64,000 bases of DNA from an uncultured Candidatus Saccharibacteria bacterium (GTDB lineage Bacteria > Patescibacteriota > Doudnabacteria > UBA920). Where the stretch lies: contig CAYYWQ010000001.1 of the NCBI GenBank assembly GCA_964474825.1, forward strand, positions 485,609 through 549,608. Direction: 5' to 3'. The notes under the pieces are model-generated. The model was not told the origin of the DNA, did not search any database, and saw only the letters and a program-made list of their open reading frames with translations. Of the stretch, positions 63,805 to 64,000 are shown one piece after another. Numbering within the stretch: the first letter of the stretch is position 1; each line of letters opens with the position of its first letter. The translations under genes and the position numbers were made by a program.

Positions 63805-64000
63805 TGGCTAGAAAAATAATGGCCGAATACATTTGGCTGGACGGACGTAAGCCCACAGCAAAACTTCGGTCAAAAACTAAGGTTATTAGCGGTTCAGTTG
63901 AACGAGTGGAAGACATCCCCTTTTGGGGTTTTGACGGCAGCTCCACAGAACAAGCCGAAGGTCATTTTAGTGACTGCATGCTTAAGCCGGTGTCTTTTAT
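63805..64000 (+). CDS. glnA: Glutamine synthetase, N-terminal fragment (runs off the window)
   Basis: AEYIWLDGRKPTAKLRSKTK ... FDGSS. Confidence 0.65.

Noticed and set aside
1-64000. CRISPR array
   Set aside because: No regularly spaced 25-40-nt direct repeats with unique spacers are present. All tandem repeats found are coding (315-bp units) or short (16-mer x2).
1-64000. Prophage or integrative element with integrase or transposase
   Set aside because: No integrase, transposase, terminase or capsid-like ORF was recognised. The only nuclease-type mobile-element hallmark is the 97-aa GIY-YIG protein.

Overview
This is an AT-rich (roughly 40-45% GC) bacterial chromosomal segment, densely packed with short genes, mostly on the minus strand. 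The gene content fits a small-genome, sortase-using, Gram-positive-like organism, possibly Patescibacteria/CPR, but this is inference only.

Housekeeping genes I can support:
- aspS and hisS
- scpA and scpB
- rplJ and rplL
- lexA, lgt, mnmA, dus and queF
- an rmlA-rmlD-rmlB operon with a NUDIX gene
- a V-type H+ pyrophosphatase
- an archaeal-type PEP carboxylase
- glnA, partial at the 3' edge
- a DEAD-box helicase, a DsbA-like oxidoreductase, a DacA-like carboxypeptidase and ybaB
- several HD-domain hydrolases and a GH1/GH5-like sugar cluster
- three tRNAs: Glu-CUC, Gln-CUG and Gly-CCC

Features that stand out:
1. A sortase operon at the 5' edge. Its substrate is a very large secreted surface protein that runs off the window and carries three near-identical 315-bp tandem coding repeats, with a CAP/SCP-domain protein next to it.
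2. A family of GTAG/CTAC-rich palindromic elements. One copy brackets a four-helix-bundle 'rRNA intervening-sequence' protein gene next to lexA. One copy is empty and intergenic. One copy lies in frame inside mnmA. One more copy is intergenic.
3. Six compact GC-rich islets (about 55-60% GC, GGG/CCC-biased codons) scattered through the AT-rich backbone. Each encodes a small secreted or envelope-type protein: a PEP-CTERM protein (no exosortase in the window), a VanY/M15-like peptidase, a lipoprotein, a Pro-rich secreted protein, a zinc-ribbon protein, and a two-gene small-ORF pair. This pattern suggests horizontal acquisition or chimeric assembly.
4. A rearranged tRNA-Gly locus. The first 33 nt of the tRNA (up to the anticodon loop) are duplicated 402 bp upstream. 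Between the copies lie a small GIY-YIG nuclease gene, whose last codons are tRNA sequence, and two homologous GC-rich hairpin modules.

I found no CRISPR array, rRNA gene, integrase or transposase.
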